Positions 35,265 through 47,903 of a stretch of DNA of 64,000 bases are shown piece after piece. Below the pieces are notes generated by a model. The model was not told the origin of the DNA, ran no database searches, and was given only the letters and a program-made list of their open reading frames with translations. Position 1 is the stretch's first letter. Each line of letters starts with the position of its first letter. Position numbers and translations under genes: made by a program. Source of the DNA: Eutreptiella sp. 'Long Island Sound 2002' (taxonomy: Eukaryota; Protista; Euglenida); assembly GCA_964036045.1 (NCBI GenBank), contig OZ038378.1:38068001-38132000 (forward strand). The letters are read 5' to 3'.

Positions 35265-35490
35265 TGGGGTTCCTGTGCAGAAAGTGTCTAGGAAGGGGTA
35301 CAGGAAGGGGGTTCTTGTGCAGGAAGGGGGGGGGTTCCTGTGCAGGAAGGGGTTCAGGAAGGGTCCAGGAAGGGTCTTCCTGTACAAGAAGGGGGGTTCC
35401 TGTGGGGTTCCTGCGACCCTTCCTGGCCAAGAAGGGGGGGGGTTCCTGTGCACGAAGGGGGTTCCTGTGGGGTTCCTATGGCACTTCCTG
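35265..35490. repeat. Element B internal cluster (reverse orientation, AGGAAGGGGGGTTCCT)
   Basis: Several copies of aggaaggggggggttcctgtg. Confidence 0.85.
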
Positions 35491-35538
35491 TGCACATCCT
35501 GCCCTCACAATTCTTGGCAGGCTTCCATTTTAAATGTA

Positions 35539-37216
35539 ATGCAAAAGGCCGTCACAAATTTCCTTGGCAGTGTCGTTCGAGTGACCCCGTATTGGGATCT
35601 GGAGGTTGATGCGCGGCGACAGAGACGGAAAAACATTCGCGACGTTGTCGGCGCCGTGCTTGGAGATGCCGACATCGTTGTGCGCGCAACGGGTAACGGT
35701 ATAGTGATTGAGTCCAACAACCACGAGGTGCACGATGACGAAGAACAGCATGTCTCCGACGAAGTGATCCAAGTTTTGCAAACGGCACACCAAATGAGCC
35801 TCTCCACGCGCAACATGTGAAAATTGGAGCGCAATTGTACACGAAGGGAATTAATGGAGGGGCGCAGCAAAATGCTGCCATATGTCGCGACGGCCCTCGA
35901 GGTTTCATCGGGGGTGGTATCGCGCCGATCTGCCGATGTATGTCCAGTCCTTGAAGTGGTGCAAAGCCAGCTGACGTTGAGTAGGGCCTGCGGTACCTTT
36001 AACATCCCTCGTCAAGACCGGCTTTTGATTATCATTTGCGCAGATGCCACTCCACTGTGGCAGACCTCGGCCACCAAGTGCCACATCCACGTGACCGTTT
36101 GGTCAAAGGGTGTAGCAGCTGCAGGCGACGTGCGACGCTGGGCGACGTGGTGGGCGCTGGACGGACCGGATGACACGCACTGTCTCCGGGCCATTGACAG
36201 TAAGGCAAACCTTAATGAGGATGTTTTGGATGTTTTGTCCACTGTGGATGTTTGGCACTTGGGGAATCACATCCCCAGTGTATGTGCCTTGACAGGTGAT
36301 GGCAAGGCCATGCTTTCGGCCAATTATCACAAGGGGAAATGTTGGGTAGGCTGCCATTGCATTGATTCCTTGGCACGTGCCAATTCTGTACCGGCCCAAT
36401 GCAGGTGGGGCTCATTTTTGAGGGCAATTGGTCCATGCAACCGCGTTGGTGACGTGGAGCATGGCTCATGTCGTATTGCGAACGCAGTTGTTAAGCGAGT
36501 CAACGAAATATTGAAAGATTTGATTGAAAACGGGGAACCCGACGTTGCCCGTGCCGCAAGGGACGCAGGGAAACCTTTGGTTTTTGAGCTTCACAAGCTT
36601 TTGGATGAAGTGAAAAACGTTCCGCATGCTGAGCGGTTGGCTCTCCGGCCAACCAAGGCCGGAAAATTTGATATAATAGGTGGCAAAATGTTTTTTGAAG
36701 ACAGTGCATTACGTGCCCGAGTTGTGGCCGTATTGCGGGACAACCTACCCGACGTGGCCTTTGGTGGCGTTAAATTTTTCCTATTGATGAAGCATGTGTT
36801 ATTATCAATGCATCGAATGCACGCGCTCTGGCGCAAAAGGGATTGGCTAACACAGGCCAAACTCAAGGAATTGGAGTCCGCGAGTGACCGTTTAGGGGAG
36901 TGTTGGGGTAAATTGCAATGGGGTGTGACCCCTTGGGTACATTGGGCATGTGTTCACAGCGCATATTTTGCCCGTCGCTTTGGCAGTTTGTACATTTTTT
37001 CGCAGTATTCCGACAGAATACAGAAACCAACCGTTCAAACGGCATCTCAAAAACTCGATGCGCGGTTGGTGCCTTCGGCGACCCCGCATCACACGCCTCG
37101 GAATGAGGCACGTGGTGCACACCGATGCGTTGAGTGTCGGTTTGCAATTGTACGAGGCGCGGCAAGGCCGCGGTGCAGCCGTTGTCAAGCGACGCAAGCG
37201 GCATGTGGACCAGTGA
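35539..37216 (+). pseudogene. Transib/RAG1/CMC-like DDE transposase (element B)
   Basis: ICADATP (D at 36043), TGDGKAM (D at 36298), KCWVGC, GDVEH..RIAN, TPWVHWACVH (H-x4-H) and GSLYIF.SIPTEYRNQPFK (E at 37016). In-frame TGA at 35818; +1 frameshift in the T run at 36995-37000. Confidence 0.8.
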
Positions 37217-37269
37217 CAACATCAATGCGGTGGCACAATGCGATTCAAGCCCCAGCGAACGGATTTGTG

Positions 37270-37420
37270 TGCTATTGCCTCGGGACAGGAAGGGTCATAG
37301 GAAGGGTCTTGGAAGGGGGGTTCCTGCCCAGGAAGGGGTCTAGGAAGGGGGGGGTTCCTGCCTAGGAACCCCCCTAGGAACCCCCCTTCCTGGCCAGGAA
37401 GGGGGGTTCCTAGGGGGGTT
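37270..37420. repeat. Element B right subterminal cluster
   Basis: aggaaggggggggttcctgcctaggaacc; inverted relative to 31000-31145. Confidence 0.85.
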
Positions 37421-37581
37421 CTTGCCCAAAACGGGGTTTCCAAAAACACCCCAAAATTGGGCATCACCGACCCGGGACCCAATGTCCCCCAAAGTAGGTG
37501 CATTGAAGGTGTGGTGTTTGTGTTCAAAGTCTTCGGGTGCGGTCGTAACGTGTAGGAGTAGAAAAACCCTAGGAAGGGGGG

Positions 37582-37615
37582 GGTTCCTAGGCCATCCTTC
37601 CTTGGCTGCACCCCA
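37582..37615 (-). repeat. Right TIR of element B (34 bp)
   Basis: ggttcctaggccatccttccttggctgcacccca. Confidence 0.9.
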
Positions 37616-38758
37616 AAGCTTCTGCTAACAGTGCATAAGGAGAGAGAGAGGGGGGGGACCCCGCGCTGGACCTGCACATTGTTCGGGTCAAGGAGAGCAC
37701 ACCACCACCACAGCCGGATGAATTTGTACTCTGAGCACCGGAATTGGTTCCAAGTAGGGCGAGCTCCAGCCCGATAGTTTGTACACTATATTCGACGCGA
37801 CCCTCAGACAAAGTTTTCATCAATTTGGATACACCATCGCAACATCACTCACAGGACTCTACGGATTTTGAAGTGTAGTGGGCAGCATGTGCAACAGGTG
37901 TTTATTGGCTGAGCACATGGTACATACACGAGAACGAATGATGTACTTAGCCAATACATGACCAAAAGGCATTCCGGCACTTCCGCAACATTGGACGGTA
38001 TGCAATTCCGGACCACATTGGTGGGTGTGGTACCTTGGTTGATGAAAAGCACCGGATGCCGGGTGGTTGCTACCCTGGATCGTTTCCAAGGGCTGCTAGC
38101 GCAAGTCACATGCGGGACTAACGAAAAATTAACGGGTTGATAAATTTGCCAATGAAGGCAGACTGAGAAGTCACGTGTGGACTGCCAACAACTTTCTGCT
38201 CACAAAGCATAAGCAGAGAGAGAGGGAGTAGGTCAGGGAGATCAAGCCACCTCCACAGCCGGATGCTTTTGTACCATGGAAACCGGAATTACTTCCAAGT
38301 AGGGCGAGCTTTAGCGTGATACTTTGTACACCAGATGCAACTCGATCCTCGGACAGAGTTTTCATCAATTTGGATCCACCATCGCCACAGCACTCATGGG
38401 ACTCTACATACTTTGAAGTGTAGTGGGTAGCATGTGCAATATGTGGGTATTGACTGAACACATTGTACATACACGAGCACGAATCATGTACGTAGACAAT
38501 AAGTGACGAAAAGGCATTCAAGAACTTCAGCAACATTGGATATTATTTATCTACGGACTACATTAGTGGATGTCGTACGTTGGTAGACGAAAACCACCCG
38601 ATACTTGGTGGTTGCTACCCTTGAGCGGTTCCAATGTTTGCCAGTCCAAGTCACATGCGGGACTGACAGAAAATGTAGGTCAATGAACTGGCCATTAGAG
38701 GTAGACCGAGATGTCCCCTATGGAATGCCAACAACCTTCTGTGCACAGTGCATAAGGA
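37616..38758 (+). repeat. Two units of the 572-bp satellite between elements B and C
   Basis: Anchor caacattgga at ~37991 and ~38536; flanks join in register with 17145 and 42624. Confidence 0.9.
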
Positions 38759-39079
38759 CCCTAGAGACCTACGTTAAAACCAATATGGTCACTTTTGATT
38801 TTTGCTATATGAAAGGTGGTAGAAATTAACCTGCCAAATAATGATAATAATCACACCTTAACCCAATTTTGGGTCATTTGCACCGCTTTGCTTGTGCGCA
38901 TACCATGCCCACTTGAAGTGTTTGCATGATCAAAGGGTGGCCAACAGGATGCTATAGGGGTCGCATATTCCTATAGGTGGTCATGTGGCCCCACACATCC
39001 CTCTTCGGTTCCCCCACTCACCCCACTCCCAACCTCTCTTTTCCCTTATGTAGCTCTTGTTATGCCTTTCTCTCGGGGC

Positions 39080-39760
39080 ACCCTTCTGGAGCTTAGTCCG
39101 ACGCTCACGCGTTTGAGTGGGACAAAGACTTTGCGGGACCCTTTGGTCTCCCAATTCCTTGATGAGTGGGTGCCCTCATCCCCTTTGGCCAAGGTCCAGT
39201 AGTACGAGGCCACCGAGGTTGCCCAACCCCCGCTCCTCCGCAACAAGCCGTTAGAGGCCATGACGCAATATGCCTCCGTCTTCTTCCTAGAGCCCGAGTT
39301 GATTGGGTTACTCATGGACTTGAATGTTCCCAAGGGCGGCTTCCGGCATGTGTCGGCTCGCATGGGCCTGGAGGGTGCTTACACCGGCGCGATGGGCCTA
39401 CCGTTCCCCCGCCCCACTTCTTCGCGTGACCCGTTTATGGACACATGGAAGGAGTTGGTGAAACCACTTGCGCTCGATCGACTCGTGTCCGTGGCGGATC
39501 CCCCCACAAGCGGCTGGCCCGCTGCATCCACTCCCGTCCACCCCTTGTGGACCATCGATTAGAAGCGGCCCCTCACTTTACTCCTCGGTGGGGATGCTGA
39601 CCCGTGCACTGGTGGAAGCTGGACCCAACCATCCATTGGGCTCCTCAACCACGGCGCAAAGGGCCGAACACCCGCCTACCTATGGGTGATTGGGATGGCC
39701 GTATGCGGGGATAAGGATATAGCCGCGAAAGCGACAATATGGTCCACAAAACTTGCAGGT
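39080..39760 (+). pseudogene. Possible N-terminal fragment of a transposase inside element C
   Basis: DLNVPKGGFRHVS..LPFPRP..LLLGGDAD..WVIGMAVCGDKD loosely resembles the first-Asp region of the A/B transposases; no C-terminal motifs. Confidence 0.3.
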
Positions 39761-40099
39761 ATATGGCCGTTTCGTTACGCTTTCGTTTTTGTGTCAATTT
39801 CTCGACGGTTAAAATTTAATACTTCGCAGATAGTAACAGGGACTGAACAAGTAATCTAATATTAATCTGGAATAATTAATGGAAAAATGAGTTCCTCGGT
39901 TTTTTTGTAGGTTTTGCAGCACATTGATGACCGCAAGGGGTTCTAGTGGGCATTACGGTCGTTACGCGTTGCGCTAGCCATTTCGGGTGACCACCTCTTT
40001 GTGGTCCGCGCCATTGTCGCTTGTACCTCCCCCATAGTGTGCTCTACATACAAAATATACAGCATCAATGCACTTTTTCTTATGTGGCATGGGAACAAA

Positions 40100-42169
40100 C
40101 ACACTCGCACATGCACACACACACACACGCACACACACAAACACAATGATATTGGCACCCCCACAAACCCGTCCCCTCCCACACACATCCTTCCTACCTC
40201 CCCCCTTTGTCCTCCACCTGACCTTGTGGTTAATGTTTGGGAGGGTATGGCCCTTTCTTTTTGCCGGTCTTTTGGAGATGCACGTACAATATTTTGATGA
40301 TTGGACCAATCAAAAAACCTCGTAGATATGTGTGTCTTAGTGTGTGTGTCTCCATTGTGGCCAAATTGTAGGTCACAGATTGCCCCAAAGGCGACAAAGG
40401 GGCTAGTTCATGCTTTGTCTGCCCCTCCCCCTTGGGATTGTTCTGTGTGTGGGATGTGATGTGTGGGGGTGTGGTTTTTAGGGGTGTGCCATGTGGGGTT
40501 GTGGTGTGTGGGGCTGTGATATGTGGGGTTGGGGTGCGTGGGAGTGTAGTTTCTTGGGATTCGGGTCACAAGGTCGTGCAACCCCCCAGAATAACTCCCA
40601 CCACACACCACAGGCCCACTCTCGACTGCCCCACACACCACAGCCCCACTCGCCACCGCCCCACGTTCCACAGGCCCACATGCGACAGTCCCACACCACA
40701 CAGCCCCACTCCCCACTGCCCGAAACACCACAGCCCCACTCCCCACTGCCCCACACACCACAGCCCCACACACCACCGCCCCACATTCCACACCCAACAC
40801 ACCACAGCCCTTCACACGTGACGCCCACACCCCACACACCCACACTCCACAAGCTCAACCGCCCACTGCCCCATACACCACAGCCCCAAACACCACCACC
40901 CCACATCCCACAACCCCACACCATGCGGCCCTACACCCCACAGCCCCACACCCCACACGCGAGGCACCACAGCCCCAAACACCACACGCCAGCACGCCAC
41001 ACCTCCACATCCCGCAGCCCAAGACACCACAGGGCCAACCCCCACTACTCCACACCCCACAGCCCCACACCCCATAGCCCCACACACCATAGCCGCACTA
41101 ACCACAACCGCATACACCACCGCTCCACACACCCTCACCCTATACACTGCACCACCACACCCACAACCCCACACACCCTAGGCTAACAGTCCAAAGGCCC
41201 ACACACCACAAGCGAACACAAAAGCCCCTGATTGTCCCCATTGCTTCCAGTTAATTTTTCGGCCGCCACCGTTAATGTCGGCAGGTTAATATTTAATTTT
41301 TACACCGGCTTTCGAAATATGAAAATTAACGCTTAATATTAACGTTCAAGAAATTAAAAACTTGTCGCAAGATTACATTATGGCCCTCAGTCCCTCGTGC
41401 ACTGTTTTTTTGCAGCTACAATGCAGTACAACACATCCCAGTGCCACAATGCACCCCCACAGCATGCCCAGTCACGCATGCAACAACCCCACAGACCACA
41501 ACACCAAACACCAATCCCACCGAGTATGGTCCGGTACACCGCAGCCCCACACAGCACAGTCCCACACACCGGGGCCTGGGAGTCCACATGCCCACACACC
41601 ACAGCCCCGCACAACATAGCTCCACACACCACAACCCCGCAAACCACAGTCGCACACACCAAACCCCTGGAAACCACACCCCTGCACCCCACAGCCCCAC
41701 ACACCACCCCACACACGACAACCCCACACATCACAGCCCCACACGCCACAGCCCTAGAAACCACGTTCCCACGGACGAGAGACCCACACACCACAGCCCC
41801 GGACGCCGCATCCCCACACAACACACAACCACGGGCGGGGCTAGGCATTGTAAACAAAGACTAAACTAGCCCCTTTATCTGCTTTGGGGCGATGTACACC
41901 CTACAACCCGGCCACAATGCACATGTATACACCCACAGACGCACAAACACACACACACACACACACACACTAAGACACACATACCTCCAAGGTTTTTTGA
42001 TTGGTGCTGCTTGCAAAAATGTTTTGACAAACATCTCCAAAAAACCTGCAAAAAGAAAGGGGCATACTCTCCCGAACCCAAACCCCAAGGCCAAGGGGAG
42101 GAAAGAAGAAGGATCAAGGAGGGATGTGTGTGGGAGGGGACGGGTGTGTGAGGGTGGCAATATCATTGG

Positions 42170-42200
<31 letters not shown>
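40100..42200. repeat. Long imperfect inverted repeat (arms ~40100-40560 / ~41700-42200) around CCCCACA-rich minisatellite tracts
   Basis: caatgatattggcacccccacaaacccgtcccctcccacacacatcc (40144) vs reverse complement of 42122-42168; aaaggggctagtt (40396) vs aactagccccttt (41864). Confidence 0.75.
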
Positions 42201-42203
<3 letters not shown>

Positions 42204-42623
42204 AAAAGGGGGGGGGGCATCCACTTTAGTAAGGCACAAGAATCATGCATCCCCACTAGTGTGTGTGGCTTATTGTTGTGCAATTGTAGGGCAGGTTGAT
42301 ATTTGCGGCAATGTATTAATTTTTCACAGGTTAATATTAATGCCGGCGACCCATAAATTTTAATCTTTCACAATTGAATTGAAAAATTAAAATCAAAAAT
42401 TGATCCTCGGGGCCATTTTAATATTTTTTCACAAGGAAACTCGTGACAGCCCCCCCCCCAACCCCCGGGTGACAATGACACCCGATCCCGTGAGGCCTTC
42501 ATGGGGGTACAATTTTTCCCATCTAAACCCCTCAACCCCCCCCTTCCCAACAGGGTCAACTTTGGGTTAACGCCTTCCTTTTTAACCAAATATTGTTATT
42601 GGTTTTAACATAGGTCTGTAGGG

Positions 42624-44922
42624 CAGAGGGAGAGGGACGAGCCAGGGCTTGACGTCCACATTGTTGGGGTCGGGGATGGCACGCCACCAGCACAGCCGGA
42701 TGATTTTGTACCATGGATACCGGAATAGGTTCCAAGTGCGGCGAGCTGCAATGCGATAGTTTGTCCACCAGATTTAACGCGATTCTCGGACAAAGTTTTC
42801 ATCGATTTGGATACACCAGCACTACAAAGCTCACAAGACTCTACAGACTTTCAACTGTAGTGGGCAGAATATGCAACATGTGTGTTCTGGCTGAACACAT
42901 TGTAGATGTACGGGCACGAATGATATAGTTAGCCAATAAATGACCAAAAGAAATTGAGGCACTTCAGCAACATTGGACAATATGAATTTGCGGACCACAT
43001 TGGTGGATGTGGTACCTTGGTTGATCAAAACCACCGGGTGCCGGTTGCTTGCTACCCTGGAGCGGTTCCTAGGGCTGCCAGCCAAAGTCACATGCTGGAG
43101 TGACGGAAAATGAACAGGTTGAATAATTGGCCTGTAAAGGTAGACGGAGAAGTCCCCTGTGGACTGCCACCAACCTTCTGTTCACAGTGGATAAGTAGAG
43201 AGAGAGGGGGGAACCAGGGCTGGACCTGCAGGTTGTTGGCGTCAAGGAGGGCACGCCACCAGCACGGCTGCATGATTGTGTACCTTGTACACCGCAATTG
43301 GTTCCGAGAAGGGCAAGCTCCAACGTGATATTTGGTCCGTCCACCAGATTTAACACGACCCCCAAACAGTGTTTTCATGAATTTGAATACACCATCGCCA
43401 CAGCACTCATAGGCCTCTGCAGCCGTTGAAGTGTAGTGGGCACTATGTGCAACATGTGTGTACTGGCTGAACACATTGTACATACACTAGCACGAATGAT
43501 TTATTTACCCAATAAATGACCAAAAGGCATTGAGGCACTTCAACAACATTGAACAATATGCATATGCGGACCACATTGGTGGGTGTGGTACCTTGGTTAA
43601 TGAAAACCACCGGATGCTACGCGGGTGCTATCGTGGATCGGTTTCAAGGGTTGCCATCCCAAGTCGCATGCAGGACTGACAGAAAATGAACGGGTTGATG
43701 AATTGCCTAGTCAAGGTACATTGAGACGTCCACTGTGGACTGCCAACAAGCTTCTGCTCACAATGCATAAGGAGAAACAGAAGGAGAATCACGGCTTGGA
43801 CCTGCACATTTTTTGGGGTTAGGGTGAGCACGCCACCACCACAGCCGGATGATTTTGTTCCGTGGACAACAGAATCGGTTCCAAGTGGCGCGAGCTCCAG
43901 CGTGACAATTTGTACATCAGATTTATCATCATCCTCAGACAGAGTTTTCATCGATTTGGATACACCATCGCCACAACACTCAAATGATTCTACAAATTTT
44001 GAAGTGTAGTGGGCACTATGTGCAACATGTGTGTATTGGGTGAACGCGTTGTACATACATGAGCCGGAATAATGTAATTAGCCAATACGTGACCAAAAGG
44101 CATTGAGGCACTTCGAAAACATTGGACAATATGAATCTCCGAACCACATTGGTGGGTGTGGTATCTTGGTTGATAAAAACCACCGGATGCGAGCGGGTTG
44201 CTAACCTGGAGCGGTTCCAAGGGCTTCCAGCCTAAGTCACATGCGGGCTTGATAAAGAATGAACGGATTGATGAATTGGCCAGTCAAGGCAGACTGAGAA
44301 GTCCTGTGTGGACTGCCAACAAGCTTGTGCTCACAGTGCACAAGGCGAGAGATAGAGAGGGGGGAGCTAGGGCCGGACCTGCACATTGTTGGTGTCACGG
44401 AGAGCACGCCACCACCACAGCCGGATGATTTTGTACCATGAGCATTGGAATTGGTTCCAATTGGGGCGAGCTGCAGCGTGATAGTTTGTACACCAGATTC
44501 GATCGACCCGCAAACAGGGGTTTCATCAATTTGGATAAACCATCACCACAAAACTCACAGTACTCTACAGACTTTGCAGTGTAGTGGGCAGTATCTGCAA
44601 CAGGTGTGTGCCGACTGAACACATTGTACATGCACGAGCACGAATGATGTACTTAGTCCATGAATGACCAAAAGGCAATCAAACATTTTAGCAACATTGG
44701 ACAATATGAATATGCGGACCACATTGGTAGGTGTGGTACCTTGGTTGAGGAAACCCACTTGATGCTAGGTGGGTGCTACCGTGGATCTGTTCCAAGGGCT
44801 GCAAGCCCAAGTTGCATGCGGGATCGACAGGAAATAAACAGATTGATGAATTCCCCACTCAAGGTAGACTGAGAACAATTTCCCTGTGCACTGCCATCAA
44901 GCTTCTGTCCACGGTGCATAAG

Positions 44923-44974
<52 letters not shown>

Positions 44975-46131
44975 CAGAAACCCGGCATTGGATCTACACA
45001 TTATTTGGGTGTGGGACATTGTTGGGGTCAAGAAGAGCATGCCACCACCACAGCCGGATGATTTTGTACCATGGACACCGGAATTGGTTCCAAGTAGGGC
45101 GAGCTTGAGCGTGATAGTTTGTACACCAGAAGTACTGCGACCTTCAGACACAATTTTCATCAATTTGGATACGCCATCGACACATCACTCACAGGATTCT
45201 ACAAACTTTCAAGAGTAGTGAGCAGTATTGGCAACATGTGTGTACTGGTTCAACACATTGCACATACACGAGCACGAATGATGTATTTAGCCAATAATTG
45301 ACCAAAAGGCATTCAGGCCCTTCTGCAACATTGGATAATATGAATCCGCGAACCACATTGGTGGATGTGGTACCTTGGTTGATGAAGAACACCGGATGCC
45401 AGGTGGTTGTTGGCCTGTGTCAGTTCCAAGGGCTGCCAGCCCCAGTCGCATGCGGGACTGACGGAAAATGAACGGGTTGATGAACTCGCCGGTCAAAGTA
45501 CATTGAGAAGGGCCATGTGGACTGCCAACAAGATTTTGCGGACAGTGCATAAGGACAAAGAGAGCGAGGAGCCACGGCTCGACCTGCACATTGTTGGGGT
45601 CAAGAAGAGCATGCCACCACCACGGCCAGATGATTTTGTACCATGAACACCGGAATTGGTTCCAAGTAGGGCGAGCTCAAGCGTGATAGTTTGTACAGCA
45701 GAGTCAACGGGCCGCTCAGACAGAGTTTTCATCAATTTGGATGCACCATGGCGACATCATTCAGAGCACCCTACAAACTTTTAAGTGTAGTGCGCAGTAT
45801 GTGCAAGAGGTGTGTACTGGCTAAACACATTGTACATACACAAGCACGAATGATGTATTTAGCCAATAAATGACCAAAACGCATTCGCAAAGTTCATCAA
45901 CAACGGACAATATGAATGTGCAGACCACATTGGTAGGTGTGGTACCTTGTTTGACGAAACCTACTGAATGCTAGCTGGTTGCTACCCTGGATCCGTTCCA
46001 AGGGCTGCAAGCCCAAGTTGCATGCGGGACTGACACAAAATAAACCGATTAATGACCGGGCCAGCCAAGGTAGACTAAGAAGAAGTGCCCTGTGGACTGC
46101 CATCAAGCTTCTGCTCACGGTGCATAAGGAC

Positions 46132-46167
<36 letters not shown>

Positions 46168-47867
46168 GAGCCCATCCTGGACCTACACATTTTTTGGGCA
46201 GGGGAGAGCACGCCACACCACAGCCGGACGATTTTGTAACGTGGACACCGAAATTGGTTCCAAGTAGGGCGAGGTCCAGCTTGATAGTTTGTACACGAGA
46301 TTCGACGGGCCACTGAGGCAGAGCTTTCATCAATTTGGATACACCATGGCTACAACATTCACACGACTCTACCGACTTTCACGTGTAGTGGGCAGTATGT
46401 GCAAGAGGTGTGTGCCGGCTAAACACATTGTACATACAGGAGCACGAATCTTTTATTCAGCCAATAAATGACCAAAAAGCATTTAGGCACTTCAGCAACA
46501 TTGGACAATATGAATCTGCGGACTACATTGGTAGGTGTGGTATCTTGGTTGATGAAACCACCGTATGCCAGGTGGTTGCTGTCGTGGAGCGGTTCCAAGG
46601 GCTTCCCACCCAAGTCACATGCGGGACTGACAGAAACCAACGGGTTGATGAATTGGGCAGTCAAGGTAAACTCAGAAGTCCCCTGCGGACCGCCAACAAG
46701 TTTCTGCTCATAGTACATAAGGAGAGAGAGAGGGACGAGGCAGGGCTGGACCCGCACATTGTTGCGGTCAGCGAGAGAACGCCGCCACCATAGCCGGATG
46801 ATTTTGTACCATGGACACCGCAATTCATTCCAAGTAGGGCGATCTCCAATGTGATAGTTTGTCCATGAGATTCAACGCAACCCTGAGATAGAGATTTCAT
46901 CAATTTGGATACACCATTGCCACAGCACTTATAGGCCTCTACATATTTTGAGGTGTAGTGGGCAGCATGTGCAATATGTGTGTGCTGGTTGAACGCATTG
47001 TACATCCACGAGCAGGAATGATGTACTTATCCAAAAAATGACCAAAAGGCATTGAGGCACTTCAGCAACATTGGACAATATGAATCCGCGAACCACATTG
47101 GTGGATGTGGTACCTTGGTTGATGAAGAACACCGGATGCCAGGTGGTTGTTGGCCTGTGTCAGGTCCAAGGGCTGCCAGCCCCAGTCGCATGCGGGACTG
47201 ACGGAAAATGAACGGGTTGATGAACTCGCCGGTCAAGGTACATTGAGAAGGGCCATGTGGACTGCCAACAAGATTTTGCTCACAGTGCATAAGGACAAAG
47301 AGAGGGAGGAGCCATGGCTCGACCTGCACATCGCTGGGGTCAAGAAGAGCATGCCACCACCACAGGCAGATGATTTTGTACCATGGACACCGGAATTGGT
47401 TCCAAGTAGGGCGAGCTCAAGCGTGATAGTTTGTACACCAGAGTCAACGGGCCGCTCAGACAGAGTTTTCATCAATTTGGATACACCATGGCGACATCAT
47501 TCAGAGCACCCTACAAACTTTTAAGTGTAGTGGGCAGCATGTGCAAGAGGTGTGTACTGGCTAAACACATTGTACATACACAAGCACGAATGATGTATTT
47601 AGCCAATAAATGACCAAAACGCATTCGCACAGTTCATCAACATTGGACAATATGAATGTGCAGACCACATTGGTAGGTGTGGTACCTTGTTTGATGAAAC
47701 CTACTGAATGCTAGCTGGTTGCTACCCTGGATCCGTTCCAAGGGCTGCAAGCCCAAGTTGCATGCGGGACTGACACAAAATAAACCGATTAATGACTGGG
47801 CCAGCCAAGGTAGACTAAGAAGAAGTGCCCTGTGGACTGCCATCAAGCTTCTGCTCACGGTGCATAA

Positions 47868-47903
<36 letters not shown>

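Larger units (their letters stand above)
17146..37615 (+). mobile_element. Element B: 6.8-kb multi-gene TIR DNA transposon (17146-17172 + 30859-37615) with a nested 13.7-kb LINE
   Basis: Left TGGGGTGCAGCCAAGGAAGGGTGGCCT|AGGAACC vs reverse complement of 37582-37615 (33/34). AA at 17144-45 and 37616-17 duplicates the satellite site ccaac-AA-gcttctg. Confidence 0.85.
38759..42623. mobile_element. Element C: 3.9-kb non-autonomous TIR element
   Basis: ccctagagacctacgttaaaaccaata (38759-85) vs reverse complement of 42597-42623 (25/27); removal restores satellite cataagga|cagaggggagagg. Confidence 0.8.

Noticed and set aside
40408-41869. Pro/His/Thr-rich and Gly/Val/Cys/Trp-rich ORFs
   Set aside because: Artefacts of CCCCACA/TGTGGGG low-complexity repeats.
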